DNA from: Squalus acanthias
Lineage: Eukaryota
Direction: 5' to 3'
DNA length: 64,000 nt
Assembly: GCA_030390025.1 (NCBI GenBank)
Contig: CM059432.1
Location: forward strand, 109,060,001 to 109,124,000
How positions within the stretch are numbered: the first letter of the stretch is position 1; each line of letters opens with the position of its first letter. Of the stretch, positions 37,390 to 49,360 are shown one piece after another. The notes beneath the pieces are model-generated. The model saw only the letters and a list, made by a program, of their open reading frames with translations. It was not told the origin of the DNA and did not search any database. A program made the translations under genes and the position numbers.

Positions 37390-40326
37390 ATGCAGTCAGA
37401 AACAAATGTTAGAAGGGTGAGAAACAATAGGGGAAGGCCGAGTAAACAAAGGCAAGAAACACAAAGGGCCATACTAAATCATAAGTCTAAAAGGACAAAG
37501 GATGTTAATAAAATAAGCCTAAAGGCTCTGTGTCTTAATGCAAGGAGTATCCGTAATAAGGTGGATGAATTGACTATGCAAATAGATGTTAACGGATACG
37601 ATGTGATTGGGATTACAGAGACGTGGCTCCAGAACAATCAAGGCTGGGAACTGAACATCCAGGGGTATTCAACATTCAGAAAGGATAGAATAAAAGGAAA
37701 AGGGGGTGGGGTAGCATTGCTGGTTAAAGAGGAGATTAATGCAATAGCTAGGAAGGACATCAGCTTGGAGGATGTGGAATCAATATGGGTTGAGCTGCAG
37801 AACACCAAAGGGCAGAAAACGTTAGTGGGAGTTGTGTACAGACCTCCAAACAGCAGTGGTGAGGTGGGGGAGGGTATGAAACAGGAAATCAGAGGTGCGT
37901 GCAAAAAAGGCACGGCAGTTATCATGGGTGACTTTAATATGCATATAGATTGGGCTACTCAAACTGGAAGCAATACGGTGGAGGAGGATTTCCTGGAGTG
38001 TTTAAGGGATGGTTTCCTAAACCAATATGTTGAGGAACCAACTCGAGGGGAGGCCATCCTGGACTGGGTGTTGTGTAATGAGGAAGGACTAATCAGCAAT
38101 CTTGTGGTACGAGGCCCCCTGGGGAAGAGTGACCATAGTATGGTGGAGTTCTACATTAGGATGGAGAAGGAAACAGTTAAGTCAGAGACCATGGTCCAGA
38201 ACTTAAATAAGGGCAACTTTGATGGTATGAGGCGTGAATTGGCGAGGTTAAATTGGCAAGCGATATTTAAGGGGCTATCAGTGGAAGGGCAATGGCAGAC
38301 ATTTAGAGATCGCATGGATGAACTACAACAATTGTACATCCCGGTCTGGCGTAAAAATAAAAAAGGGAAGGTGGCTCAACCATGGCTAACAAGGGAAATC
38401 AGGGATAGTATTAAAACCAAGGAAGTTGCATACAAATTGGCCAGAAGTAGCAGCAAACCCGGGTACTGGGAGAACTTCAAAACTCAGCAAAGGAGGACGA
38501 AGGGTTTGATTAGGGCAGGGAAAATAAAATATGAAAGGAAGCTTGCAGAGAACATTAAAATGGACTGCAAAAGCTTCTATAAATATGTAAAAAGAAAGAG
38601 GTTAGTAAAAACAAACGTAGGTCCCCTGCAGTCGGAAACAGGGCAAGTCGTAATGGGGAACAAGGAAATGGCAGATCAATTGAACAAGTACTTTGGTTCG
38701 GTGTTTACTGTGGAGGACACACACAACCTGCCGGAAATAAAAGGGGTCAGAGGATCTGGTAAGAGGGAGGAGCTGAGGGAAATCCTTATTAGTCGGGAAA
38801 AGGTATTGGGGAAATTGATGGGACTGAAGGCTGAAAAATCCCCGGGGCCTGATGGTCTGCATCCCAGAGTACTTAAGGAGGTGGCCTTGGAAATAGTGGA
38901 TGCATTGACGATCATTTTCCAACATTCCTTAGACTCTGGATCAGTTCCGATGGAGTGGAGGGTGGCCAATGTAACCCCTCTTTTTAAAAAAGGAGGGAGG
39001 GAGAAAGCAGGGAATTATAGACCGGTCAGCCTGACATCGGTCGTGGGTAAAATGATGGAAGCAATTATTAAAGATGTCATAACAGACCATTTGGAAAGTG
39101 GCGACATGATAGGTCCAAGTCAGCATGGATTTGTGAAAGGGAAATCATGCTTGACAAATCTTCTGGAATTTTTTGAGGATGTTTCCAATAGGGTGGACAG
39201 GGGGGAACCAGTAGATGTGGTGTATTTGGACTTTCAGAAGGCCTTCGACAAGGTCCCACACAAGAGATTGGTGAGCAAAGTTAAAGCACATGGGATTGGG
39301 GGTAATGTGTTGACGTGGATTGAGAACTGGTTGGCACACAGGAAACAAAGAGTAGGAGTAAATGGGTACTTTTCAGAATGGCAGGCAGTGACCAGCGGGG
39401 TACCGCAGGGTTCGGTGCTGGGACCCCAGCTGTTTACATTATATATTAATGATTTGGACGAAGGGATTAAATGTAATATCTCCAAATTTGCGGATGACAC
39501 TAAATTGGGAGGCAGTGTGAACAATGAGGAGGATGCTAGGAGGCTACAGAGTGACTTGGACAGGTTGGGTGAATGGGCAAATGTATGGCAGATGAAGTAC
39601 AATGTGGATAAATGTGAGGTTATCCACTTTGGTGGTAAAAATAGAGAGGCGGACTATTACCTGAATGGTGGCAGATTAGGGAAAGGGGAGGTGCAACGAG
39701 ACCTGGGCGTCATGGTACATCAGTCACTGAAGGTGGGAATGCAAGTGCAGCAGGCAGTCAAGAAAGCAAACGGAATGATGGCCTTCATAGTAAGGGGATT
39801 TGAGTACAGGAGTAGGGAGGTGATGCTGCAGTTGTACAGGGCTTTGGTGAGGCCACACCTGGAGTACTGTGCGCAGTTTTGGTCTCCTAACTTAAGGAAG
39901 GACATTCTTGCTATTGAGGGAGTGCAGCGAAGGTTCACTAGATTGATTCCTGGGATGGCCGGACTGACATATCAAGAAAGATTGGGTCAACTGAACTTGT
40001 ATCCTCTGGAGTTCAGAAGAATGAGGGGGGATCTTATAGAGACATTTAAAATCCTGACTGGTTTAGACAAATTAGATGCGGGCAGAATGTTCCCAATGTT
40101 AGGGAAAACTAGAACCAGGGGTCACAGTCTAAGGATTAAGGGGAAGCCATTTAAGACTGAGCTGAGGAGGAACTTCTTCACCCAGAGAGTGGTGAATCTA
40201 TGGAATTCTCTTCCACAGAAGGTTGTTGAGGCCAGTTCGCTAAATATATTCAAAAGGGAGTTAGATATAACACTCACAACTAGGGGGATCAAGGGGTATG
40301 GCGAGAAAGCAGGAATGGGGTACTGA
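37390..40326 (+). CDS. CR1 ORF2 endonuclease/reverse transcriptase (978 aa, uninterrupted)
   Basis: All endonuclease and RT motifs are present. Confidence 0.95.
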   Translation: MQSETNVRRVRNNRGRPSKQRQETQRAILNHKSKRTKDVNKISLKALCLNARSIRNKVDELTMQIDVNGYDVIGITETWLQNNQGWELNIQGYSTFRKDRIKGKGGGVALLVKEEINAIARKDISLEDVESIWVELQNTKGQKTLVGVVYRPPNSSGEVGEGMKQEIRGACKKGTAVIMGDFNMHIDWATQTGSNTVEEDFLECLRDGFLNQYVEEPTRGEAILDWVLCNEEGLISNLVVRGPLGKSDHSMVEFYIRMEKETVKSETMVQNLNKGNFDGMRRELARLNWQAIFKGLSVEGQWQTFRDRMDELQQLYIPVWRKNKKGKVAQPWLTREIRDSIKTKEVAYKLARSSSKPGYWENFKTQQRRTKGLIRAGKIKYERKLAENIKMDCKSFYKYVKRKRLVKTNVGPLQSETGQVVMGNKEMADQLNKYFGSVFTVEDTHNLPEIKGVRGSGKREELREILISREKVLGKLMGLKAEKSPGPDGLHPRVLKEVALEIVDALTIIFQHSLDSGSVPMEWRVANVTPLFKKGGREKAGNYRPVSLTSVVGKMMEAIIKDVITDHLESGDMIGPSQHGFVKGKSCLTNLLEFFEDVSNRVDRGEPVDVVYLDFQKAFDKVPHKRLVSKVKAHGIGGNVLTWIENWLAHRKQRVGVNGYFSEWQAVTSGVPQGSVLGPQLFTLYINDLDEGIKCNISKFADDTKLGGSVNNEEDARRLQSDLDRLGEWANVWQMKYNVDKCEVIHFGGKNREADYYLNGGRLGKGEVQRDLGVMVHQSLKVGMQVQQAVKKANGMMAFIVRGFEYRSREVMLQLYRALVRPHLEYCAQFWSPNLRKDILAIEGVQRRFTRLIPGMAGLTYQERLGQLNLYPLEFRRMRGDLIETFKILTGLDKLDAGRMFPMLGKTRTRGHSLRIKGKPFKTELRRNFFTQRVVNLWNSLPQKVVEASSLNIFKRELDITLTTRGIKGYGEKAGMGY

Positions 40327-40659
40327 GGTAGCATGTTCAGCCATGAACGCATTGAATGGCGGTGCAGGCTCGAAGGACCGAATGGTCTACTCCTGTACCT
40401 ATTTTCTATGTTTCTATGTTTCTATGGTTCGGTGTCAATTTTTGTTTGTTTATGCTCCTGTGAAGCCCAATTCGTACGTTTTACTACATTACGGGCACAA
40501 TATAAATGCAAGTTGTAGTTGTTGCTCTCATGACCCACTCCCAGGATGATATGTAAACAATCATGCACCACTTTGCAACAGCTTGCCTACAATTTGGCAT
40601 GTCTATAAGTCTTAAAAAACGGTGGTACTCTTTCAACTAGCCCAGGTAAGGATTACACT

Positions 40660-41510
40660 CCACCGATCATCACTACTGGAGATCACATGCTTCAGGTTAT
40701 AGACAGATTCTCCTCCTGAGTAGCACCCTGTCTAAAGAAGTCCCTATTGATACAGAATCATCCTGCAGAATCGCCAAAGCAGGCTTAGCTTTAAGCATAC
40801 TCCGTGAGCACCTCTGGGAGAAGAGAGGCATTAGCCTGCAGACCAAGCTCAAAGTGTACAGGGCTGCCGTTCTGATGACCCTGCTTTATGCCCGTGAAAC
40901 TTGGACAGCATATTCACGCCACGTTAAGAAATGGAATCACTTTCACCTAAGCTTCCCAAGGCAACTAATGAAGATCAGATGGCAAGACAAGATCCCTGAC
41001 ACCAAGGATTTTAAATAGCTGGCATGCCAAGCATAGAGGCTCTGATCATGAAGGCATGGCTATGATGGTCAGGTCATGTGGTGCGAATGTCTGATGAACA
41101 AATCCCAAAGAAGATCTTTTATGGCGCAATGACAACCGGGAAGCGATTTTGTGGTGGACAGCAAAAGAGACACAAAGACTGCTTAATAACAACTCTGAAA
41201 CAGTGCAAAATAGACATCTATAAGTGGGAACAACTTGCTCAAGATAAGAAAGCATGGCAAAAAACTATCTATGAAGGCGCCTCCTACTATGAGCCCCGTC
41301 ACATTGCTGATGCTGAATGTAAACTCCAGCTGAGGAAGTCTCACTTGAAATATCAAGATCCTCAACCTGGTATATCCGGGATCCACTGTTCAATCTGGGA
41401 ACTCTCATTCCGAGCAAAAATCAGTCTCATCAGTCATCAAAGAACTCACTGCCGAAAATGAGATGATATTCTAGCTGTCTTCTTTGATGTCGAAGGACGA
41501 ACGATGAGTG
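40660..41510 (+). mobile_element. Degraded RTE-clade 3' fragment
   Basis: TKLKVYRAAVL, VVRMSDEQIPKKIFYG...GGQQKRHKD, C-terminal C..SF....L.SH.R.H. Confidence 0.85.
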
Positions 41511-42064
41511 AGAGTTTTAAATTGACGACTCCTCATCATTGACTCCCCAACAACAGGAAATAGTCTTTCTGTATTCACCCTATCAAAACCCTCTATTAAA
41601 ATATTCAAAATTAAATATAAAAAGTTTTTAAATCCTCTATTAGATCTCCTCTTAGCCTTCTCAATCCAGTGAAAATAGTGTCAGCATCTCGACTCTCTCC
41701 TGATAACTATAGTTTCTCGTCTCCCCTAAATGTTGCTTCCAAAGATGGAACCACAAAAGGGCCATTACTGAAGTCTTAAAGTACTTTCCAAAATACCAGA
41801 AGCAAACTTGAAATTCCCTTTAACTGTTGAAATAGGGTGAAGCAATCTTTGTTGTGTTTATTTACTCAGAGCTGTCTGTCAGTCAATCACGGCAGTAGCT
41901 GGTGGCAGTGCAGCTCATGCTCTCATGCCCTTTTTGCACTGCCAGTTGCAAATCATACCACTTCTAACTTGCACCGTATTCCTGTTTATAACTGAGTCTG
42001 TAAGGAATGCAGGCTGACTGAACAGCACATTCTTTCAGACCTGTGATAACTAGCAATCTTACAG

Positions 42065-42600
42065 ATAGATCCTTGGGGGACTCCAGAGGTAACGGTGCAG
42101 GGGTGGGAGTAGGAGCCATTGCAGGAGATTCTCTGGTTATGACTGGATAGGTAAGCGTGGAACCAGGCGAGAGCAGTCGCACTTAGCTGGACAACTTTGG
42201 GACGTCCTGAGGTTGATAAAGGCGCTATATAAATGCAAGTCTTTCTTTCTAACAGAGGAGAGGTGTTGGAGGAGGATGGTGTGGTCAGCCATGTCAAAGA
42301 CTGCAGATTGGTCAAGAAGAATGAGGAGGGTTAGTGCACCATGGTCGCAGTCACAGAGGATGTCATTTGTGACTTTGAGTCGGGCCGTTTCAGTGCTGTG
42401 GCAGGGGCAGAAACCAGATCAGAGAGGTTCAAACATTGGCATGTGGGAAAGATGGGCATGGATTTGGGAGGCGACAACATGTTCAAGGACTTTGGAGACG
42501 AAAGGGAGGTTGGAGATGGGGCGGTAGTTTGCAAGGACAGAGGGGTCAAGGATTGTTTTTTTGAGGAGAGGGGTGATGATGGCAGGTTTGAAGGAGAGGG
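42065..42600 (-). mobile_element. L2 RT fragment
   Basis: ALAWFHAYLS...VTSGVPQGS. Confidence 0.8.
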
Positions 42601-42669
42601 GGAAGCTTGGTTTTGTGGGCTAAGGGAAGCGAGGATTGCGCAAGAGGCAGCTGAATGGATGATCTCAGT

Positions 42670-43633
42670 CTGAGAGCACAGTCATCAGCATATAGGAGTT
42701 CATGAACAAGTTCTTCCAGCATCTTTGTTTTAACTTGCAGTTTTCTAAGGTTGAACAGCTGCCCATCTGTCCTGAATCTGATCTTGACTCCTATTTTGAG
42801 ATAATTGAAAGCCACGAGAAGCGTAACAGTGAACAAAACACTGAAGAGTGATGGAGCAAGGATGCATCCTTGCTTGACCCCGTTGATAACAGGGAAGGAG
42901 ATGGAATTGATTCCATCTTCCATCACTCAAGCCATCATGCAATTGTTTGGCCATTTCAGTGAATTTGTCTGGACCTACTCAGTCACCCAGGGGGCTGACA
43001 AACTCCCCTGCGGCTTCATTCAGTGAAAAGTGACCCTATGCCCTGAGGTGGCTGTGTGCAGGTTTCCAACTACAGCTTCCACTATAACCTCACCTGCTGT
43101 TTTGCTGCACGCCCATCGCCACAGGGCTTATGGAATGAAGATATTGAAGGATATGATGAGAAGAAAGAGATATGATACGAATGGCACTTGGGCATGAGGT
43201 TGATATAAGTGAAGGAAACTTACGCATAGTTTGCTTCACCACTCTGCCTCCCCACATCTGAATCCAGTGGCAAGAAGCGTTGAGACATTTGGAGATAAGA
43301 GGGCTGCAGTGGATGGCCTGCAGCATCTGATACACCCATACCGAAGACCTGAGCTTTCCACATAGCCTTTCTACCATGCCTGATTAGCTAGAGAAGTTAG
43401 CACATCTGCACAGTCCACCTAATTCGCCACAGCAGTCCTTGTACATTGAGGAGATGGGTGACTCTCTTTCACTCGGGACACAAATACATCGGTTGCCTTC
43501 ACCTAGTTTAGCCTGTGAGCCGATGCAGTTTCCCGGGGTGTGGCACAAGTGACTACTTGGAGCCAAAGGTGAGAGTTGAGTCAGCAGAGAGGACCAAAGA
43601 TTGGGGACCATCCGAGGGCTATGGCATGCCCCC
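42670..43633 (-). mobile_element. Internally deleted RTE element (putative 5'UTR joined to RT core)
   Basis: NGVKQGCILAPSLF...LLYADDCAL; the upstream ~670 nt non-coding segment is assigned to the 5'UTR by position and resemblance. Confidence 0.65.
43499..43633 (-). ncRNA. Decayed HDV-like ribozyme candidate
   Basis: Order P1(GGGGCAU)-long J1/2-P2(UCACCU)-P3(GGC)-L3(UCC..)-P3'(GCC)-P1'(ACACCCC)-GG-P4-GCUAA-P2'(AGGUGA). Confidence 0.5.
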
Positions 43634-44044
43634 AGTCAGAAGTACTACCTCTTCTGCTTAACGGTACATCCCAAAAAATCTGGCTATGAGCATGAGGAAG
43701 ACTAGGAGAAATGTATTTGCACAGACAGTTGTTAGAGCAGGGAATGCTTTGCCACAGGGAATAGATGAGGCCGAGGCCATTACTTTCTTTTAAGGGAAAA
43801 GTGAATAAACACGTGAAGAATAGAAAAATACAGGTAAATGGTGAGAGAGCAGGATGGTAGGATTCATTTTAAATTGCTCTAACAAACCCTATAGACATGA
43901 TGGGCTGAATGGCCTCTTTCTGTGCTGTAAACCTCCATGGTTCTAAAATGTGTTCTGGAGAGTGGAGGTATCTGGGTTCTCTATTAATGAGGAAGCTGTA
44001 AAAGAATTTATATCATATCAGAGAGCCTTATAAGAACTAATTTG

Positions 44045-45095
44045 CCTATCCTTGGCCCCCCTCCTATTTCTCATCTACATGTTGCCCCTTGGCGACATCA
44101 TCCGAAAACACAGCGTCAGTTTCCACATGTACGCTGACGATACCCAGCTCTACCTCACTACCTCTTCTCTCGACCCCTCCACGGTCTCTAAATTGTCAGA
44201 CTGCTTGCTCGACATACAGCTCTGGACGAACAAAAATGTTCTCCAATTAAATATTGGGAAGACCGAAGCCATTGTTTTCAGTCCCCGCCACAAACTCCGT
44301 TCCCTAGCCACTGACTCCATCCCTCTCTCTAACATCTGTCTGAGGCTGAGCCACACTGTTCGCAACCTTGGTGTCATATTTGACCCAGAAATTAGCTTCC
44401 GACCACATATCCGCAGCATAACAAAGACCGCCTACTTCCACCTCCGTAACATCGCCCGTCTCCGCCCTTGCCTCAGCTCATCCACTGCTGAAACTCTCAT
44501 CCATGCCTTTGTTACCTCTAGACTTGACTATTCCAACACACTCCTGGCTGGCCTCCCACATTCCACCCTACGTTAACTTGAGGTCATCCAAAACTCGGCT
44601 GTCCGTGTCCTAACTCGCACCAAGTCCCGTTCGCCCATCTCTCCTGTGCTTGCTGACCTACATGGGCTCCCGGTTAAGCAGCGCCTCGATTTCAAAATTC
44701 TCATCCTTGTTTTCAAATCCCTCCATGGCCTCGCCCCTTCCTATCTCTGTAATCTCCTTCAGCCCCACAATGCCCCCGGGATATTTGCACTCCTCTAATT
44801 CTGCCCTCTTGAGCATCCCTGATTATAATCGCTCAACCATTGGTGGCCGTGCCTTCTGTTGCCTAGGCCCTAAGCTCTGGAATTCCCTGCCTAAACCTGT
44901 TCGCCTCGCTGCCTCTCTTTTCTCCTTTAAGATGCTCCTTAAAACCTACCTCTTTGACCAAGCTTTTGGTCACCTGCCCTAATTTATCCTTATGTGGCTA
45001 GGTGTCAAATTTTTTGTCTTAAAATACTCCTATGAAGTGCCTTGGGACGTTTTACTCCGTTAAAGGTGCTATATAAATACAAGTTGTTGTTGTTG
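44045..45095 (+). mobile_element. L2 LINE 3' kilobase, well preserved
   Basis: FHMYADDTQLY, SRLDYSN, LWNSLP; (TTG)n tail. Confidence 0.92.
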
Positions 45096-45642
45096 TTCTC
45101 TTCACAGATGCTGTCTGGTTTCTGCTGTTTTCTGTTTTTATTTCAGCCTTATAAAGGGGTGTCCTATAAATTAAGGAAAAATGTGAGACCACAGGTTTAA
45201 GCAAGTTGCCATTGCTCTGCAAATGTTGATCTAGTTTTGCCATCTCTGTCTCCCTTTAATTTAATATCTGTCTCATGATTCACACGCGGTTCAATCAGCC
45301 GGCTCCTGATACAGTGAAATGTTGTGGAAAATTAGATTTCATTATCACAGTTTCCACCATACATCAAAGAATGGATAAAAATACTGCCTTAAGAGTTCTT
45401 GGAAGTCTATCTTCATATCCTTGAGAATATAATGATAGCATTGTGTTCAGAGTGTTGTAAATAGCTTACTGACCAGACATGGCTGATTCACAGATTTATT
45501 TTCTTCAGGTACTGTAACATTATGCTAAAAAAACAGGTCTCCCTGTTTACCTCTGTGCTTCCACCAGTGATTTTCTTTTAAATTAGATAGGTGCTCAACG
45601 CAAATGGTTTTGGGTCAGGGCAAGTGATCAGCATCAGTATGA

Positions 45643-46022
45643 GGTTTTCTAAATTTTACACCTCTTTGATTGTATGAGAGTTCTGGCAGTTTTAGTTCAA
45701 ATGAATATAAATTTAGGAATATTAAGGGTGGTACTTGCAATCCAGCTCTCCCCAGTCAGAAGCAGCACTTGCAGAGACAACAGGTTGGGAAATCCTGGGC
45801 TGCAGGCTTGCGATTCCCCAACACACGCTTCCAGCAAATGCCACTCCTTACTGAGAACGGCAGGCTGCACGATCACCCCTACTGTGTGCATGAAGTCACC
45901 TACAGACGTGGGCCAGAGCTACTCCAACTTCTCAGTGACTTTGCCGGGGTTTCCGGTTTCTGCCGCTCTTCCGGTGAAGTTACGACAGCAGAGCAGGAGA
46001 TCCTCCAAGGAAATTCCCAGCC
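45643..46022. mobile_element. Probable degraded MITE
   Basis: GC-richer segment ending GGAAATTCCCAGCC, similar to the other TIR ends in the window. Confidence 0.3.
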
Positions 46023-47110
46023 ATTTTACTGGTATCCCAATGGAATTATTATAGTGTGAATGAACAATTCCAGTAAATAGGAAGGCCATGGTAATATAGA
46101 TTGGAACATTCTCTATTTTCATGTAGTGTAGCCGTAGTGGAACTCCAGTTCTAGGCTTCACATTTTGCATCAACAGTCCACCTCAACTCCATTCTCTGTA
46201 AAGTTCCCATTGCCGCACCAGTGTGAAGTACACCAGTGCCTTCCTCTCAATCATTTGTATTGTGTATTGATCACTTGCTGAAAGTTTCCTGTTTTCAATT
46301 ATCCAAAATCAAGGATGCACCTCAAAGTCATGTAGCTGTACGTTGGAACAGGTTGGAACTCATGCACGTCACTGGTGAGGCCACATTTGGAATATTCAAT
46401 GCAGCTTTAGACACTCTGGGGTATATTCCACCGCCCCCCCCCCAACCCACCATCCACTCCCGAGCATAGAAACATAGAAAAAATAGGAGCAGGAGTAGGC
46501 CATTCAGCCCTCCGAGCCTGCCCCCCCATTCAATATGATCATGGCTGATCCTATCTCAATACCATATTCCCGCTCTCTCCCCATACCCCTTGATGCCTTT
46601 TGTGTCTAGAAATCTATCTATCTCCTTCTTAAATATATTCAGTGACTTGGCCTCCACAGCCTTCTGTGGTAGAGAATTCCACAGGTTCACCACCCTCTGA
46701 GTGAAGAAATTTCTCCTCATCTCAGTCCTAAATGTCCTCCCCCGTATCCTGAGACTGTGACCCCTCGTTCTAGACCCCCCAGCCAGGGGAAACATCCTCC
46801 CTGCATCCAGTCTGTCTAGCCCTGTCAGAATTTTATACGTTCAACGACATCCCCTCTCATTCTTCTAAACTCTAGTGAATACAGGCCTAGTCGACCCAAT
46901 CTCTCCTCATACAACAGTCCTGCCATCCCAGGAATCAGTCCGGTGAACCTTCGCTGCACTCCCTCTATGGCAAGTATATCCTTTCTTAGGTAAGGAGAGC
47001 AAAACTGCACACAGTACTCCAGGTGTGGTCTCACCAAGGCCCTGTATAACTGTAGTAAAAATGAGAAGTCGCACAACACCAGGTTATAGTCCAACAGATT
47101 TATTTAATTT

Positions 47111-47147
47111 TACAAGCTTTCGGAGCTGTTCGCTCCTTCCTCAGGTA
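47111..47147 (-). ncRNA. Minimal hammerhead ribozyme, left arm
   Basis: Mirror copy of 49324-49360. Confidence 0.8.
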
Positions 47148-47386
47148 GGTTAGCAGTGAGAGAATCTCCCAGAATTCACAATTTAAACACAGACAAAATC
47201 TATTCAAATCTTTCCCTACATCAAAGACACACTAAGAGCACAGCCAAGACAATGAGATGTGTCCCAGGGGGTCCAACGTGTCAAACCACCTGCTGGCTGC
47301 ATATCCTGTCAATTTGTGTTGGTTCTTGTGTTAGTCTTTTTTAAAAAAAAAAACAAACACCTGGGAAGACCGGCCATGATGTCAAG

Positions 47387-48763
47387 TCACGTTCTGTATC
47401 GTGACATGAACCCGATATCGCGATTGAGGCCATCTTCATGAGTGCGGAACTTGGCTATCAGTTTCTGCTCTATGATTTTGCGCTGTCGTGTATCCCGAAG
47501 GCCGCCTTGGAGAACGCTTACCCGCAGATCCGAGGCTGAATGCCCCTGGCTGCTGAAGTGTTCCCCGACTGGGAGGCAACCCTCCTGCCTGGCGATTGTT
47601 GCGCGGTGTCCGTTCATACGTTGTCTCAGTGTCTGCATGGTCTCGCCGATGTACCATGCTCTGGAGCATCCTTTACTGCAACGTATCAGGTAGACAACGT
47701 TGGCCGAGTCACATGAGTATGTACCGTGTACCTGGTGGGTAGTGTCCTCACGTGTGATGATGGTATCTGTGTCCATGATTTGGCATGTCTTGCAGAGGTT
47801 GCCGTGGCAGGGTTGTGTGGTGTCGTGGTTGCTGTTCTCCTGAAAGATGGGTAATCTGCTGCGAACGATGGTACTTTTGAGGTTAGGCGGCTGCTTGAAG
47901 GCGAGTAGTGGAGGCGTGGGGATGGCCTTAGCAAGGTGTTCGTCGTCATCGATGACATGTTGAAGGCTGCGAAGAACATGGCGTAGTTTTTCCGCTCCGG
48001 GGAAGTACTGGACGACGTAGGGTACTCTGTTGGTTGTGTCCCGTGTTCGTCTTCTGAGGAGGTCTATGCGGTTTTTCGCTGTGGCCCGTCGGAACTGTCG
48101 ATCGACGAGTCGAGCGTCATATCCCGTTCTTACGAGGGCGTCTTTCAGTGTCCGTAGGTGTCCATCGCGTTCCTCCTTGTCTGAGCAGATCCTGTGTATT
48201 CGCAGGGCTTGTCCATAGGGGATGGCTTCTTTAACGTGGTTAGGGTGGAAGCTGGAGAAGTGGAGCATCGTGAGGTTGTCCGTGGGCTTGCGGTAGAGTG
48301 AAGTGCTGAGGTGTCCGTCTTTGATGGAGATTCGTGTGTCCAAGAATGAAACCGATTCTGAGGAGTAGTCCATGGTGAGTTTGATGGTGGGATGGAACCT
48401 GTTGATGCTATCGTGTAGTCCTTTCAGTGATCCTTCGCCGTGGGTCCAAAGGAAGAAGATGTCGTCGATGTATCTGGTGTACAGCGTTGGTTGGAGGTCC
48501 TGTGCAGCGAAGAAGTCTTGCTCGAACTTGTGCATGAAGATGTTGGCGTATTGGGGTGCGAATTTGGTCCCCATGGCTGTTCCGTGTGTTTGGGTAAAAA
48601 AATGGTTGTCGAAGGTGAAGACATTGTGGTCAAGGATGAAGCGGATGAGTTGTAGGATGGCGTCCGGAGATTGGCTGTTGTTGGTGTTGAGTACTGAGGC
48701 TGTCGCAGCGATGCCGTCATTGTGGGGGATATTGGTGTAGAGTGCCGATACGTCCATCGTGAC
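47387..48763 (-). CDS. Penelope RT (partial) plus GIY-YIG endonuclease; the N-terminal part of the 514-aa ORF call comes from the inverted arm
   Basis: DVSALYTNIP, GTAMG, RYIDD, CKTC, VVYLIRC...YIGET...R, GLN motifs. Confidence 0.93.
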   Translation of the reverse strand, partial: VTMDVSALYTNIPHNDGIAATASVLNTNNSQSPDAILQLIRFILDHNVFTFDNHFFTQTHGTAMGTKFAPQYANIFMHKFEQDFFAAQDLQPTLYTRYIDDIFFLWTHGEGSLKGLHDSINRFHPTIKLTMDYSSESVSFLDTRISIKDGHLSTSLYRKPTDNLTMLHFSSFHPNHVKEAIPYGQALRIHRICSDKEERDGHLRTLKDALVRTGYDARLVDRQFRRATAKNRIDLLRRRTRDTTNRVPYVVQYFPGAEKLRHVLRSLQHVIDDDEHLAKAIPTPPLLAFKQPPNLKSTIVRSRLPIFQENSNHDTTQPCHGNLCKTCQIMDTDTIITREDTTHQVHGTYSCDSANVVYLIRCSKGCSRAWYIGETMQTLRQRMNGHRATIARQEGCLPVGEHFSSQGHSASDLRVSVLQGGLRDTRQRKIIEQKLIAKFRTHEDGLNRDIGFMSRYRT

Positions 48764-49323
48764 TCGGCCAACGTTGTCTACCTGATACGTTGCAGTAAAG
48801 GATGCTCCAGAGCATGGTACATCGGCGAGACCATGCAGACACTGAGACAACGTATGAACGGACACCGCGCAACAATCGCCAGGCAGGAGGGTTGCCTCCC
48901 AGTCGGGGAACACTTCAGCAGCCAGGAGCATTCAGCCTCGGATCTGCGGGTAAGCGTTCTCCAAGGCGGCCTTCGGGATACACGACAGCGCAAAATCATA
49001 GAGCAGAAACTGATAGCCAAGTTCCGCACTCATGAAGATGGCCTCAATCGCGATATCGGGTTCATGTCACGATACAGAACGTGACTTGACATCATGGCCG
49101 GTCTTCCCAGGTGTTTGTTTTTTTTTTTAAAAAAGACTAACACAAGAACCAACACAAATTGACAGGATATGCAGCCAGCAGGTGGTTTGACACGTTGGAC
49201 CCCCTGGGACACATCTCATTGTCTTGGCTGTGCTCTTAGTGTGTCTTTGATGTAGGGAAAGATTTGAATAGATTTTGTCTGTGTTTAAATTGTGAATTCT
49301 GGGAGATTCTCTCACTGCTAACC

Positions 49324-49360
49324 TACCTGAGGAAGGAGCGAACAGCTCCGAAAGCTTGTA
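49324..49360 (+). ncRNA. Minimal hammerhead ribozyme, right arm
   Basis: UAC-CUGAGGA-A-GGAGC-GAACA-GCUCC-GAAA-GCUU-GUA. Confidence 0.8.

Larger units (their letters stand above)
36362..40424 (+). mobile_element. Near full-length CR1 LINE (ORF1 + ORF2)
   Basis: Both ORFs, 3'UTR and tail; TSD TGGTT at 36357 and 40425, within an L2 tail. Confidence 0.95.

Noticed and set aside
47387..48931. 514-aa ORF as a novel fusion protein
   Set aside because: The first ~56 aa are antisense read-through of the inverted arm.
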